Of a stretch of DNA of 64,000 nt, positions 29,044-39,023 are shown in pieces. How positions within the stretch are numbered: the first letter of the stretch is position 1; each line of letters begins with the position of its first letter. Where the stretch lies: IMG/VR virus record IMGVR_UViG_2526164690_000025, one strand, 5' to 3'. The translations under genes and the position numbers were made by a program. The stretch comes from a virus. Taxonomy: Duplodnaviria; Heunggongvirae; Uroviricota; Caudoviricetes. The notes below the pieces were generated by a model. That model saw only the letters and a program-made list of their open reading frames with translations, had not been told where the DNA came from and made no database searches.

Positions 29044-29853
29044 TTATTTGCTAAGAGCAGCGAATAATCGTTCGAAATCGATAGTATCTATAGCACGCGT
29101 AAGCGCCGGAAGTTCAGCCTCAAAGTACCCGTGTCGATCGTAAAAGAAGGGACCGAAGAGCGAGGCATGTTGGATTCTACTTCGCCCCAGCCCGGACACA
29201 CAGTTAAGCCCATTACCGGCTAAAAGGCTAAAAAACTTCTCTGGATTATCGTGGTAAAGCTGGGAATCAATGGTGGCGGTTAACTCTTCCATAGGGAAGC
29301 ACACCCGCCTTGTCTCCCAGGGATATTTAGTCCGAAGCATAAACATTGCTTTCAGCAATTCACATTGAGCGCGGATCGCGTCCGGTTCATAGCCAGATAT
29401 GGAGACATAAGCCACGTCCCTCATTCCTGCGTCATCTTTGAAAGTCACGATAGAAGTAACATCCAGCTCTTTTTCGAAAGAGCGAGCAGCATCTACTGGA
29501 CGCTGAAGTAAATCATTCGACTTAATGCGCTCGAGAATCCCTCCCCACATATCATTTAGATATTCGATATGAGCCAAAACCTTATCAAGACACTCTCGTG
29601 TAAACCATTCAGTATGCCCGCCACCGGCGCTTTTCTCCCACGGCGCATTCCAGGGGAAAAAGGTTGCGTGTAAAGCCCGCTCAAGATTAACTATTGCCAA
29701 TCGCGTACCACGATAGACCCGTGAAAGCGCAAAATCGGGACTCACTTGTAGCCCTTTAAACCGTGCCAATGGACCACATGAAATGCCGATTTTAAAAGTA
29801 TCTCCATTCTCCGGCACCAGAACGTAGAGGTAGTGTTGTTTCTCTTCTTGCAT
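29044..29853 (-). CDS. T5orf172/GIY-YIG-like domain protein
   Basis: N-terminal YLYVLV...KIGIS...R...EWF pattern of the T5orf172 domain; 269 aa; inserted between iterons and parA. Confidence 0.5.
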   Translation of the reverse strand: MQEEKQHYLYVLVPENGDTFKIGISCGPLARFKGLQVSPDFALSRVYRGTRLAIVNLERALHATFFPWNAPWEKSAGGGHTEWFTRECLDKVLAHIEYLNDMWGGILERIKSNDLLQRPVDAARSFEKELDVTSIVTFKDDAGMRDVAYVSISGYEPDAIRAQCELLKAMFMLRTKYPWETRRVCFPMEELTATIDSQLYHDNPEKFFSLLAGNGLNCVSGLGRSRIQHASLFGPFFYDRHGYFEAELPALTRAIDTIDFERLFAALSK

Positions 29854-29888
29854 ATCAATACCACTGCTTGATGAGAACCGCGCAAATG

Positions 29889-30144
29889 TTGACTATGCGC
29901 GAAAGTTAATGTGAATAGTTGACTATGCGCGATGTGACTACAGTCAAAAGTTGACTGTAGTCGATTTAACTCCACCAAAGATCGACTATGTAAGATATTG
30001 TCGGGAGAAACGTTGACTATACGCGATGAAATGACCCTAAAAGCCATCTCAATAGCGACTTGCAGAATATTGACGCCAGCAAAAATCCACCAGCGTCAAC
30101 GAATGTCGCCTATAGTCAACTTCTCGCTATCGCATATAGTCAAT
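29889..30144. repeat. iteron array downstream of repA (incA-like)
   Basis: About eight copies of ttgactat(g/a)cgcg-type 13-15 bp repeats in both orientations. Confidence 0.65.
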
Positions 30145-30145
30145 A

Positions 30146-31030
30146 TTATGGATTGCGCTTATGGATCTGGAAGCCGATTTTCCTGCCGTTTTTTATCTCT
30201 GAAAATTTAAGATATTCAATAGCTTCCAAATCTTTCATGGCTTTTCTGATAACGCTATTTTGCACGCTAACGGATGATTTGAGATTAAGCCTTGCTCTAA
30301 GGCGCTCAATGCTGACAGGTGCCGGGTTGGCGGGTAGAGCCTCAAAGAATGTATACAGTACCTTGGCCGTCTCTTTGCGCCCGAGCTTATCCAGCATCTT
30401 CAGCTTCAGGATTCGCTTATAGTCAACATAGTAAAGTTCAGATAGCTGTTTCTGCGGCTGGATCTCGATAACATCAAGCTCGGTATTCAGGCTGCTATAT
30501 GCCAACAAGTTGACGTTAATGTTATTGAGATGACCTTTTGCCGCCGGGAAGCGGAATTTGACAACTGTCTGCTGAATGCGTGTCAGAGAGTCATCAATAC
30601 TTTTACGGAACGCCTTTGAAAGGCGCTTACGTGGATAGCCGCATCGATCGGCAAACTCGGAGAATGGCAGGGTGATTATGCCGTCATCATCAGGTGCGTA
30701 GTCAAACAACGCGGAGGTTATGCCCACCCACACCTTAAAATCAGTATCCATATCCAGGCGTGGACCATGAATTTCAATTCCCTCATAGCCTTCCTGCTCA
30801 ACAATTTTGAGGCTTGATAGTTCTTCGGTTGCGTTCGTTGTGTTTGTAGTAACTGACGATCCGCGACGTAGTGCCACATTGGTAGATTTTAAGGTTGGCA
30901 CAAACACACCTAAGCGCAACAAAGCGATGGGTTGTATAGTGCTATTGTTATTGGGTTTCAGGCTGTGGATTTCTCCTGTATTTCCTGCAACTTCTTCAAC
31001 GCTAAGGAAGCCTTTATTTTCTTCCGGCAT
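30146..31030 (-). CDS. repA: plasmid replication initiator RepA (probable start MPEENKG at 31030)
   Basis: Motifs PIALLRLGVFVP and GPRLDMDTDFK as in P1 RepA; flanked by iterons; ORF 30146-31087. Confidence 0.85.
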   Translation of the reverse strand: MPEENKGFLSVEEVAGNTGEIHSLKPNNNSTIQPIALLRLGVFVPTLKSTNVALRRGSSVTTNTTNATEELSSLKIVEQEGYEGIEIHGPRLDMDTDFKVWVGITSALFDYAPDDDGIITLPFSEFADRCGYPRKRLSKAFRKSIDDSLTRIQQTVVKFRFPAAKGHLNNINVNLLAYSSLNTELDVIEIQPQKQLSELYYVDYKRILKLKMLDKLGRKETAKVLYTFFEALPANPAPVSIERLRARLNLKSSVSVQNSVIRKAMKDLEAIEYLKFSEIKNGRKIGFQIHKRNP

Positions 31031-31089
31031 CGTGGTTTCTCCATATGTGGCGCGGCCTGGCGTCATCTGGATTGCAGTTATCAACAACT

Positions 31090-31330
31090 GTGAATAGTCA
31101 GGCTCTAAAATCGCGTACAGTCAATGTTTCTGTCGCGTATAGTCAACAATAAATCGCGTGCAGTCAACAATAAATCGTGCACAGTCAACATAAAATCGCG
31201 TATAGTCAATGTTGATCCCATTTCAGGCCATAAATGGCGCGGCTTACAGCGATCCGGGATCTTCTTTGGATCTTCCTAGGTTCTCTTTAGGATCTGTTTA
31301 TTGGATCTATGCTGTGGATAAGTTGAATAA
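31090..31330. other. plasmid origin (oriR-like): five iterons, five GATC sites, DnaA box
   Basis: Five cgcgtatagtcaa-type iterons 31111-31213; GATC x5 at 31250-31310; tgtggataa DnaA box 31313-31321. Confidence 0.8.
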
Positions 31331-31363
31331 ACCGGCCAACATAGCCGGTTGGAAGGAAGGGTA

Positions 31364-31756
31364 TTATTCTACGCTTTCGATAAGAAGACCATGTTCATAA
31401 CATTTAAGCTCATCGCCTTCGTACAGAAATTGGTATCCAATACCACCATTTTCATGGACATTAGGGAATAACTCATAACTCACTGAAGAGCAAATCACAC
31501 CAATGCAACGATCAACGCCTTCTCGTTCTTCAGTGCTGAAAAAATCCTCTTCGGTAAGAACATGAGTACATTGCTCATCAGCATAGGTCGGAAATACATG
31601 CTCGATGCAATCCGGGTGTTTTAAACCAAGCTGATCGGCAAGCTCGAAAGCATGACGGTATTGTTCAGATCCTGGCTTGCCAACAGTGATTTGCTCAATT
31701 TTGTAGATTGAAGTCGCTTTGTTGATAGTTTGCTTTACTGTTACTTTATCAGACAT
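31364..31756 (-). CDS. hypothetical protein
   Basis: 130-aa ORF. Confidence 0.35.
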   Translation of the reverse strand: MSDKVTVKQTINKATSIYKIEQITVGKPGSEQYRHAFELADQLGLKHPDCIEHVFPTYADEQCTHVLTEEDFFSTEEREGVDRCIGVICSSVSYELFPNVHENGGIGYQFLYEGDELKCYEHGLLIESVE

Positions 31757-31767
31757 AAAAATCCCTT

Positions 31768-32100
31768 TTAGTTACCGCTGATAGCGCGGTTGTAATCATT
31801 AACGTTGCGATTCTTCCTGTTAATCCCCATCAGCATCGTTTCTGTATCAAGGATATAGGCTGGCAGATCATCAAAATATTCACTGCTAAACTCTGGCATC
31901 CTGCACATAAACGCACTTTTGGGGGCAGGGTGGTTAACCTTTGTCGGCGTCGGCGTTAAATTCGCTGATCGACTCCCGGAGCAACCGCTGAGTGTCAGCA
32001 GGAATGCGCTGGCGAACATTACCCGCCGCAACCAGTTGTTTCTGAACTTCTGCTTTTCGTTCCATTTGCCTGTCAGCATACTTGGCTTGTTCTGATTCAT
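31768..32100 (-). CDS. small lipoprotein (start probably internal)
   Basis: FLLTLSGCSGS lipobox. Confidence 0.5.
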   Translation of the reverse strand: MNQNKPSMLTGKWNEKQKFRNNWLRRVMFASAFLLTLSGCSGSRSANLTPTPTKVNHPAPKSAFMCRMPEFSSEYFDDLPAYILDTETMLMGINRKNRNVNDYNRAISGN

Positions 32101-32383
32101 TTTTCACTTCCTGGCTGTGAAAATGTTGCTCTGCTTTGTTCATCGTCTCGATGGTCTGGTTAAGATCCATTATTGACTTATCACGTTCCTTAACAGCCTG
32201 ATCAAGACTGCCAATTTTCTCCATGGCTTGCTTTAGCTGATGACGTTCCCATGCAAACCCAGCACCAACAAGTGCGCAAATCAGAACAAGAACACCAGTA
32301 GCAGCAAGTTTCTCCTTCAAAGACAAAGCTGTTTTTAACGTAGAAAAGAATGACATGTCTTCCTCCTGAAGAAAAATTATCAA
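31934..32383 (-). CDS. membrane-anchored coiled-coil protein
   Basis: 149 aa; N-terminal TM segment then charged helical region; overlaps downstream ORF. Confidence 0.4.
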   Translation of the reverse strand: MIIFLQEEDMSFFSTLKTALSLKEKLAATGVLVLICALVGAGFAWERHQLKQAMEKIGSLDQAVKERDKSIMDLNQTIETMNKAEQHFHSQEVKNESEQAKYADRQMERKAEVQKQLVAAGNVRQRIPADTQRLLRESISEFNADADKG

Positions 32384-32395
32384 TGAAGTCCTTTG

Positions 32396-33241
32396 TTACT
32401 GTGCCGCTTTGTTTAATTCATCAAGAACAGAATCAGGAACCAAAGCGGCGACTGCGCTGGCTGTGCTGGCCTTGTTTGCTGATGCTTCAGCAAGCGCGGT
32501 ACCGATAGCATGGTTATAAGCAGTTATGGCTACGTTGGCGCTTTCATTCGCTCGTTCATACTGCTGTTGTAACGCAGTTGTGGGTGCTGTTGTCTGGTTG
32601 AAAACAACCCCAAACTGTTCAGTTGCTACTTTCAGAGATTCAATTTGCTCTTCTGTTAGTGCTGGTGGGGGAGTGGCAGTGCCGCCGCCTGAACCAGAGC
32701 CTGACGAGCTTTCTGAGCCAGTGTTAAGGGTCTGGTTAATCTCCCCCATTGCAGCGACTAAACTTGATGTATTAAGCGCGTTAACAGCGTCCTCAAGCGA
32801 TTTAGTAATATTCACATCACCAATGGCAATAGAGATCGGCAGTTCTGAAACTTCTCGCTCATTAGCACGGCAGTAAACATCCCAACCAATATCGAGTTGA
32901 AGCAGCATTGACAGATCTGCATAACCAGCCAACAGGTCCGCGTGCTTAGTTGCCAGTTCTCCAATGTTCGTTAAGCCGGTTGTGGTTGTTCTGATCGTTG
33001 AAACATAGCTGGTAATAGTGTCGGGATAGACAATTGTATCCAGAATTAATCCGGTCAATTCTTCTGCAAGCAGTTTTGCTGTGTTAGCACTGTTTCGTGC
33101 CGATGTTATGGCACCAGGTGTTTTCATCCCACCGGCGGCGGCCAATTTTTTATATGCGGATAACTGGTAGTCTTTTTCCAGCATGATATCTCCTAACTTA
33201 CCTGAACCAGGCCGTCTCCGGACGCTACGGTAGATCCGCAT
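32396..33241 (-). CDS. hypothetical protein
   Basis: 281-aa ORF with Ser/Gly linker. Confidence 0.35.
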   Translation of the reverse strand: MRIYRSVRRRPGSGKLGDIMLEKDYQLSAYKKLAAAGGMKTPGAITSARNSANTAKLLAEELTGLILDTIVYPDTITSYVSTIRTTTTGLTNIGELATKHADLLAGYADLSMLLQLDIGWDVYCRANEREVSELPISIAIGDVNITKSLEDAVNALNTSSLVAAMGEINQTLNTGSESSSGSGSGGGTATPPPALTEEQIESLKVATEQFGVVFNQTTAPTTALQQQYERANESANVAITAYNHAIGTALAEASANKASTASAVAALVPDSVLDELNKAAQ

Positions 33242-33477
33242 GAAACAGGGTCACCAACGCATACGATCCCTTTACCATTGACGGTAAACCATGCCCTGGT
33301 TGATATAGCTTGCCCACCGTGCGTACTGTTTCCATCGGTATGCTGTGCATATTGCTTACCATCAACTAACACTTCGACTCCGTTGACTTTAAGTAGTGGT
33401 TCACTCTCTACAGGAGGCCTGGATGGGAATCCTCCGTGCCCCGAACAAATGCTGTCTTTTGTTGCAATGCTTGCCAC
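33193..33477 (-). CDS. PAAR-like spike-tip protein
   Basis: 94 aa; CSGHGG, VNGVEV, THGG, VNGKGIVCVGDPVSCGS motifs characteristic of PAAR repeats. Confidence 0.55.
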   Translation of the reverse strand: MASIATKDSICSGHGGFPSRPPVESEPLLKVNGVEVLVDGKQYAQHTDGNSTHGGQAISTRAWFTVNGKGIVCVGDPVSCGSTVASGDGLVQVS

Positions 33478-33558
33478 GCCATCACCAATTATTTGCTCTG
33501 ATTTTCGTTATTTTAACTTAGGTTATTTGTGGTCTGTGTGGCGTTTACTTATCGCAAA

Positions 33559-33575
33559 ATTGCTCTAATAAATAT
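33559..33575 (+). promoter_or_regulatory. C1-operator-like site (ATTGCTCTAATAAATAT)
   Basis: 16/17 match; upstream of rdgC-like/methyltransferase operon. Confidence 0.6.
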
Positions 33576-33931
33576 TGTTTTTTATGTCGTATTTTCGGTA
33601 CCATTCAGCCATCGCCCTTCAATGGGCATTTGTTTGGAGTCGTCAGATGCAGATGGAGCTAATAAGCCGCAAAGAGTTCGATAGCCGTGTAACCAGCGGT
33701 GAACTCGACAACTTGCAGGCTATCAAGGTGAAAGAAGGCTTTTGCCTCATTGGGAATCAGAGCGGAATAAATCGCGTTTTTATGCTTCGCCGTACGGATT
33801 TGAAGCCATTTGTCTGGAAGAACGAAATTGGTCCCAGCTCATACGCTCAAACGAGGGGGTGCCACAACCTGGCCTTTTTCTACAAAGACGAGCTTTCTGT
33901 GGTTGATATTCAAGGGTTACAACATGTTTAA
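33575..33931 (+). CDS. hypothetical protein
   Basis: 118-aa ORF upstream of rdgC-like gene. Confidence 0.3.
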   Translation: MFFMSYFRYHSAIALQWAFVWSRQMQMELISRKEFDSRVTSGELDNLQAIKVKEGFCLIGNQSGINRVFMLRRTDLKPFVWKNEIGPSSYAQTRGCHNLAFFYKDELSVVDIQGLQHV

Positions 33932-34829
33932 GCACTGGAAAAACATTACTATTTATAAACTTTCTCGTGAGGCGGATCTGACCGACTTAGAAGATAAAAA
34001 GAAAATGATCCTTTTCACGCCATGCGGTAGTCAGGATATGGCCAAGTTCGGTTTTGTATCGCCATTTGGTGATAATTCTGAAGTTATCGCTATGCATGGA
34101 AATGGTTTTATCCTTGTTGAAGCAAAGCGCGAAACAAAAATTCTTCCCCCGCCGGTTATCCAGCGAGCTATTCAAGAAAAAATTGAAAAACTTGAGCAAG
34201 AACAAGCGCGTAAACTGAAGAAAACAGAGAAGGACTCCCTGAAAGACGAAGTTCTGCATTCTCTTCTGCCACGGGCTTTTTCAAAGTTTTCTGTTATCCA
34301 GGCGATCTACGACGGTTCAACTAAACGTATCTATATCAATGCCAGCGCGCGGCAGGCAGAGGATATGCTCGCGCTTATGCGTAAGTCTCTGGGTTCTCTT
34401 CCTGCTGTTCCCCTGAGTGTTGAAAATCCCATTGAATTAACGCTGACCGACTGGGTACGTGATGGTAGTGCTCCACAGGGATTTCAAATGGGGGATGCGG
34501 CAGAACTTAAGGCAGTGCTTGAGGATGGCGGTATTGCCCGAGTGAAAAAGCAGGATTTGGGAAGCGATGAAATTTCCACACACCTGGAAGCTGGCAAGCT
34601 CGTCACTAAGTTGGCACTCGACTGGCAGAACCGCATTAAATTTACACTGGACCATAACTTCAGCCTTACCAGCGTCAAATTTGCGGATGAATTGCTTGAG
34701 CAGAACTCTGATATTGATAGTGAAGATGTTGCGCAGCGACTGGACGCAGATTTCTTCCTGTTGACCAGTGAAATTTCGTGCCTGGTTGATGCTCTGGTAA
34801 ATGCCCTTGGCGGAGAGGCTAAGCAGTGA
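33924..34829 (+). CDS. hrdC: RdgC-like recombination-associated protein
   Basis: N-terminus [16 protein letters not shown] resembles RdgC (MLWFKNL.VYRL); about 300 aa; in P1 this slot is hrdC. Confidence 0.65.
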   Translation: MFKHWKNITIYKLSREADLTDLEDKKKMILFTPCGSQDMAKFGFVSPFGDNSEVIAMHGNGFILVEAKRETKILPPPVIQRAIQEKIEKLEQEQARKLKKTEKDSLKDEVLHSLLPRAFSKFSVIQAIYDGSTKRIYINASARQAEDMLALMRKSLGSLPAVPLSVENPIELTLTDWVRDGSAPQGFQMGDAAELKAVLEDGGIARVKKQDLGSDEISTHLEAGKLVTKLALDWQNRIKFTLDHNFSLTSVKFADELLEQNSDIDSEDVAQRLDADFFLLTSEISCLVDALVNALGGEAKQ

Positions 34830-37800
34830 AAGAGCTGTGCTATGGATCTGTTTGCAGTGGAATTGAAGCCGCGAGTATTGCCTGGGAACCGTTGGGTATG
34901 CGTCCGGCGTGGTTTGCTGAAATCGAGCCTTTTCCATCGGCCGTTCTTGCGCTCCGCTGGCCCCATGTTGCCAACCTTGGCGACATGAAAAAACTTGCCA
35001 AAAAAGTCTTGGCTGGGAAAATCGAATCCCCTGACGTGCTCGTCGGGGGAACACCATGTTTTACCGCGGGGCATATGGTTCTTTGTAAAAATGGCTATAA
35101 ACCAATAGAAAATGTTTGCCCTGGTGATTACGTAGTCAGTCATCTCGGGCGGTTACAACAAGTAAAAAGAGTTGGTTCAAAAATAGCTAATACGGGGTTA
35201 CTTAATGCCGTTGGGCAGCCTTTAGGTATAAGAACAACCAATGACCATCCCTTCCTGGCTGTTCGGTGGAAAGCCCAAAACACCCGGAAAAATGGCACAT
35301 ATTTTAAGAGAGAGTTGTTGTCTGAACCGGAATGGCGAGCAGCATGTGATATGCCGGGATATCAATGGTGCGCTCTAACTAATTTCAATATTGCATCTCC
35401 AGATATTTGTTCTCGGTTCTTGTCTGAAGAACAGGCTATGTATCTTGCGGGCGCTTATGTTGGCGATGGATATATTAGGAGATGGAGAGGTAAATCTAAG
35501 AAGGCGGTTGTTTTTGGCATAAATTGCCAGAAATTGAGAAAGTTTCATTGCCGCATACCAGAAAACATATTTTCCGTGGCAAGCGAAATCCGAGGGAGCA
35601 TCAAAGTAACCTTGAATGATACGTGTTATGCCAATTGGCTTAATGAACATTTTGGCGAGTTAAGCCATGCTAAGCGTATCCCTGCATGGGTGATGTCGCA
35701 TCCATTGCGTCATGTGTTTTTACAAGGCTATCTTGATACTGATGGGACACCAAGTGGTAAAGCGGGATTTAGAATTAATAGTGTTAGTTCTGCGCTTGCT
35801 TGGGGCGTTGCGGGGTTGTCACAGACTTGTGGTTATGTTTCTTCGGTCAGCTTTATTGAAGTTGAGCCCAAAAAAGTGATCGAGGATCGCGTGGTAAATC
35901 AACGGAATTATTATCAGGTAACAATCTGCCCGCAGAAATTGTCACGTAAATCAAGATTGGCTCATGGAATGCTTTTACGAACAGTCAAAGAGTTTAAATC
36001 GGTAGGCCTAGATACTGTATACAACATAGAAGTCGAAGGTGATCATTCCTATATCCTCAATGGTGCGGTGGTCCATAACTGTCAGGCATTCAGTATCGCG
36101 GGATTACGTGGTGGGCTTGATGATGAGCGTGGCGCGCTAACTTTAAAGTATGTGGAGCTTGCAAATGCAATTGACGACAAACGGGCTGAGTCATTTCTCA
36201 AACCAGCCGTTATCGTCTGGGAAAATGTCCCAGGAGTCTTGTCATCGGCAGATAACGCCTTCGGATGTTTCCTTGCCGGATTGGCTGGAGAAGATGTGCC
36301 ATTTGAACCAGGTGATCGACCTGAATCAGGAAAAAGCAACGCGTTCTGGCGGTGGGATGGCAAAACCGGTTGCCATGTTCCAAAGTGGCCGCAGTGTGGT
36401 TGTATTTATGGACCGCAGCGAAAAGTGGCCTGGAGAATCCTTGATGCCCAATACTTCGGAGTGGCACAACGACGCCGACGCGTGTTTGTTGTCGCAAGTG
36501 CTCGAACAGATCTCGATCCCGCAACGGTACTTTTTGAGTTCGAAGGCGTGCGCCGGAATATTGCGCCGAGCAGAGGCGAGGGGAAGGAAACTACCAGATA
36601 TACTTCAAACATCGCTATCAGATCTTGCGATGATACAAACATAGTTGCCATGGCACATGGGCAAGGAGGGGCTGAGATAAAAACCGATAATTCGGCACCA
36701 ACTTTGACATGTAACCATGAAGCACCAATTGTATTGCTCGGCGACGGTAGAATGCGCCGTCTTATCCCTGTCGAATGTGAAAGGCTGCAAGGTTTTCCTG
36801 ATGGACATACATTGATCCCTACGGAAAAGCGTAAAAAAGTTTCTTCAGATGAACTGGCATACCTTCGCAAAAACTATCCTGATTTGAGCGAAGAAGAGGC
36901 CGCGATGCTTGCAGCTGACGGACCGCGTTACAAAGCGATCGGCAATAGTATGGCAATACCAGTAATGCGCTGGATTGGCGATCGGATTACTAAGGCCGTA
37001 TGTCGGCAGAAAGAAGGAAGTGAAACAAAAGAGCGAAAAGTTAAACCAGCGGCAGAATTCGAACGGTCCATATTCAAATGGGCTGGTGGAAAATTTGGTG
37101 TTCTGGAACAAATCTTTCGCTATTTGCCAGAAGGGAAGCGCCTGATTGAACCTTTCGTTGGTGGCGGAGCTGTCTTCATGAATGCCGGATACCAGGAAAA
37201 TCTGCTAAATGATGTGAATGCTGACCTGATTAACTTTTACAAGACTCTGCAACGCGAGGCGCATTCACTTATCACTCTGGCACATCGTTTTTTCCTGGAC
37301 TACAACACCCGGGAGGGATACCTGGCAGTACGGAATGCGTTTAACAAACAAGTCTATGATGATTTACATCGCGCAGCGGCGTTTTTGTTCCTGAACCGAC
37401 ATTGTTTTAACGGATTGACGCGTTACAACCAGGCCGGTGAGTTCAATGTCGGTTATGGGAAGTATAAAACTCCGTATTTCCCATTACAGGAGATGGAAGC
37501 CTTCCTCGGTGCGGAAGGGCGGTCTGAGTTTGTATGCGGTGATTTTGCAGCGGTGATTGAAGCTGCCGGAGAAGGAGATGTCATCTTTTGCGATCCGCCG
37601 TATGAACCGCTTCCAAATACAGAGGGATTCACGAACTATTCCGGTCATGACTTTAAGTTTGAAGAGCAAAAACGCCTGGTGTCTCTGTTGACGGATGCTC
37701 ATCGTCGAGGTGCAAAGGTTCTCATTACTAACAGTGGCGCGCCAAACATCAGAGAGCTTTATCATGACAGTGGCTTCAGAGTGGAACCTCTTTTTGCCAG

Positions 37801-37867
37801 ACGTTCTGTGTCTTGTAAGGGGGACACTCGAGGTGTAGCTCATGACGTTTTTGGTATATTGCTCTAA
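34826..37867 (+). CDS. dmt: bifunctional DNA methyltransferase (N-terminal C5-cytosine MTase, C-terminal Dam-like N6-adenine MTase) containing an intein
   Basis: C5 motifs: [11 protein letters not shown] (I), GGTP-[intein]-CQAFSIAG (PCQ), IVWENVPG (ENV), [11 protein letters not shown]; C-terminal KWAGGK, EPFVGGG, DPPY motifs of Dam-type MTases. Confidence 0.85.
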   Translation: MKELCYGSVCSGIEAASIAWEPLGMRPAWFAEIEPFPSAVLALRWPHVANLGDMKKLAKKVLAGKIESPDVLVGGTPCFTAGHMVLCKNGYKPIENVCPGDYVVSHLGRLQQVKRVGSKIANTGLLNAVGQPLGIRTTNDHPFLAVRWKAQNTRKNGTYFKRELLSEPEWRAACDMPGYQWCALTNFNIASPDICSRFLSEEQAMYLAGAYVGDGYIRRWRGKSKKAVVFGINCQKLRKFHCRIPENIFSVASEIRGSIKVTLNDTCYANWLNEHFGELSHAKRIPAWVMSHPLRHVFLQGYLDTDGTPSGKAGFRINSVSSALAWGVAGLSQTCGYVSSVSFIEVEPKKVIEDRVVNQRNYYQVTICPQKLSRKSRLAHGMLLRTVKEFKSVGLDTVYNIEVEGDHSYILNGAVVHNCQAFSIAGLRGGLDDERGALTLKYVELANAIDDKRAESFLKPAVIVWENVPGVLSSADNAFGCFLAGLAGEDVPFEPGDRPESGKSNAFWRWDGKTGCHVPKWPQCGCIYGPQRKVAWRILDAQYFGVAQRRRRVFVVASARTDLDPATVLFEFEGVRRNIAPSRGEGKETTRYTSNIAIRSCDDTNIVAMAHGQGGAEIKTDNSAPTLTCNHEAPIVLLGDGRMRRLIPVECERLQGFPDGHTLIPTEKRKKVSSDELAYLRKNYPDLSEEEAAMLAADGPRYKAIGNSMAIPVMRWIGDRITKAVCRQKEGSETKERKVKPAAEFERSIFKWAGGKFGVLEQIFRYLPEGKRLIEPFVGGGAVFMNAGYQENLLNDVNADLINFYKTLQREAHSLITLAHRFFLDYNTREGYLAVRNAFNKQVYDDLHRAAAFLFLNRHCFNGLTRYNQAGEFNVGYGKYKTPYFPLQEMEAFLGAEGRSEFVCGDFAAVIEAAGEGDVIFCDPPYEPLPNTEGFTNYSGHDFKFEEQKRLVSLLTDAHRRGAKVLITNSGAPNIRELYHDSGFRVEPLFARRSVSCKGDTRGVAHDVFGILL
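35057..36079 (+). other. intein (341 aa) with LAGLIDADG homing-endonuclease domain
   Basis: Begins Cys (CFTAGH) immediately after GGTP, ends ...VVHN followed by Cys of the PCQ motif; two LAGLIDADG-like motifs ([23 protein letters not shown]). Confidence 0.7.
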
Positions 37868-37874
37868 TAAATTT
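37858..37874 (+). promoter_or_regulatory. C1-operator-like site, perfect consensus, overlapping dmt stop
   Basis: ATTGCTCTAATAAATTT 17/17. Confidence 0.65.
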
Positions 37875-38048
37875 ATTAGTGTAATATCGCCTCAATGAAT
37901 CGTGATTTATAGAGCGATTTAGCTGTTAGCCGCGACAGGCGCGGCGGTAAGCATGGCTGGGCCTAGTCCTCCCAGACAAACCACCGAGTTGCCAGGTTGA
38001 CCATGCGCCTAAGTGGCAACGCCGAAGTGCGTTACGAGCTTCCAGTTT

Positions 38049-38074
38049 GCCCATCTTCGGGTGGGCGTTTTTTT
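38049..38074 (+). terminator. rho-independent terminator
   Basis: gcccatc-ttcg-ggtgggc followed by T7. Confidence 0.6.
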
Positions 38075-38540
38075 CAGGGTTTTCGTCATGGTTAGCGACT
38101 TTGCGGCGGTTTAGAAACTGACCATTAAAGTAAATGCAAACGATGATCTGATGATGGTAGCGGCCTAAGAAGCCAGATGCCACGGGGTATGAGTCGTCCC
38201 CCGTCAAAAAAATCGACCGCAGAGTGTCCCCGTCTGTGTATTAGGGAACGGGGAGGCACAACAGGTAAGGGCGCTGGTGTGATTAACCAGATGAACGAGA
38301 AGGGGCCATCTGTTGGTCAGCGTCCTTTCCTGTTGCGTTTTCTTTTCAGCGTAACAGCGGTGCTTAACAGCACTTTGGGTACAGTTCCACGAATTTACGG
38401 GTATATCCCGTCATGCTGAAGGCGCTAATCACGCTGGAAGCCAGGGTTATGCATCCCCTGTTACCGAATTGCAGCCAGGGCGCGGTGCGCCGAAAAGCAT
38501 ACGGAGGTGGAAGCCCTCGCCGGAGACGTACCCGGCAAGT

Positions 38541-38615
38541 GATGGTGTAGCTCAGCGGTAGAGCAGTTGGCTGTTAACCAACTGGTCGGTAGTTCGAATC
38601 CACCCACCATCGCCA
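38541..38615 (+). tRNA. tRNA-Asn (GTT)
   Basis: Cloverleaf: acceptor GATGGTG/CACCATC, anticodon loop CTGTTAA, T-loop TTCGAAT, 3' GCCA. Confidence 0.8.
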
Positions 38616-38620
38616 CTTTA

Positions 38621-38707
38621 GGGGAGTTAGTCCGTAGGGGTAGCGGGGTAGACTGTAAATCTACTGTCATTGCGACTTGGGTGGTTCGACTCCATCACTC
38701 CCCACCA
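38621..38707 (+). tRNA. tRNA-Tyr-like (GTA), class II with long variable arm; D-arm irregular
   Basis: Acceptor GGGGAGT/ACTCCCC, anticodon arm GTAGA-CTGTAAA-TCTAC, variable stem-loop, T-loop TTCGACT, 3' ACCA. Confidence 0.55.
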
Positions 38708-38711
38708 CATT

Positions 38712-38787
38712 GCCGATTTAGCTCAGTTGGTAGAGCAGTCGCTTTGTAAGCGAATGGTCAGCGGTTCGATCCCGTTAATCGGCACCA
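38712..38787 (+). tRNA. tRNA-Thr (TGT)
   Basis: Acceptor GCCGATT/AATCGGC, anticodon loop TTTGTAA, T-loop TTCGATC, 3' ACCA. Confidence 0.8.
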
Positions 38788-38790
38788 ACA

Positions 38791-38875
38791 TAACAGGTAA
38801 GAGCATTCTCCCTTATGGGGCCTGGCTTAAATGCATCGAGTGCTCTTACCGTTGTGATGAAGTGCAGATCTTAGA
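38791..38875 (+). repeat. structured repeat element 1 (inverted repeat ggtaagagca/tgctcttacc)
   Basis: Shares gtaacaggtaagagcattctcc and ccgttgYgRtgaaKgc blocks with element 3. Confidence 0.4.
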
Positions 38876-39023
38876 AGCAACCAGAAGATAAGCATCTGGC
38901 TTCACAACATAAACCGCAGGAACGACCAATAAACGGTAGTCCGTATGGAGAACACCCCGTTGAGGAAGAGGCCTGGCCGGAACCGTAACCGGCGACTGGT
39001 AATGTGTGTAAATGGAGCGAAAT

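Noticed and set aside
36150-36870. ORFs 36150-36644 (plus, other frame) and 36406-36870 (minus) inside the methyltransferase gene
   Set aside because: Fully embedded in a long, motif-rich CDS; typical alternative-frame artefacts.
37926-38419. ORFs 37926-38207 (minus) and 38177-38419 (plus) between the methyltransferase and tRNA genes
   Set aside because: Arg/Gly-rich low-complexity translations overlapping a terminator and tRNA leader; more likely noncoding.
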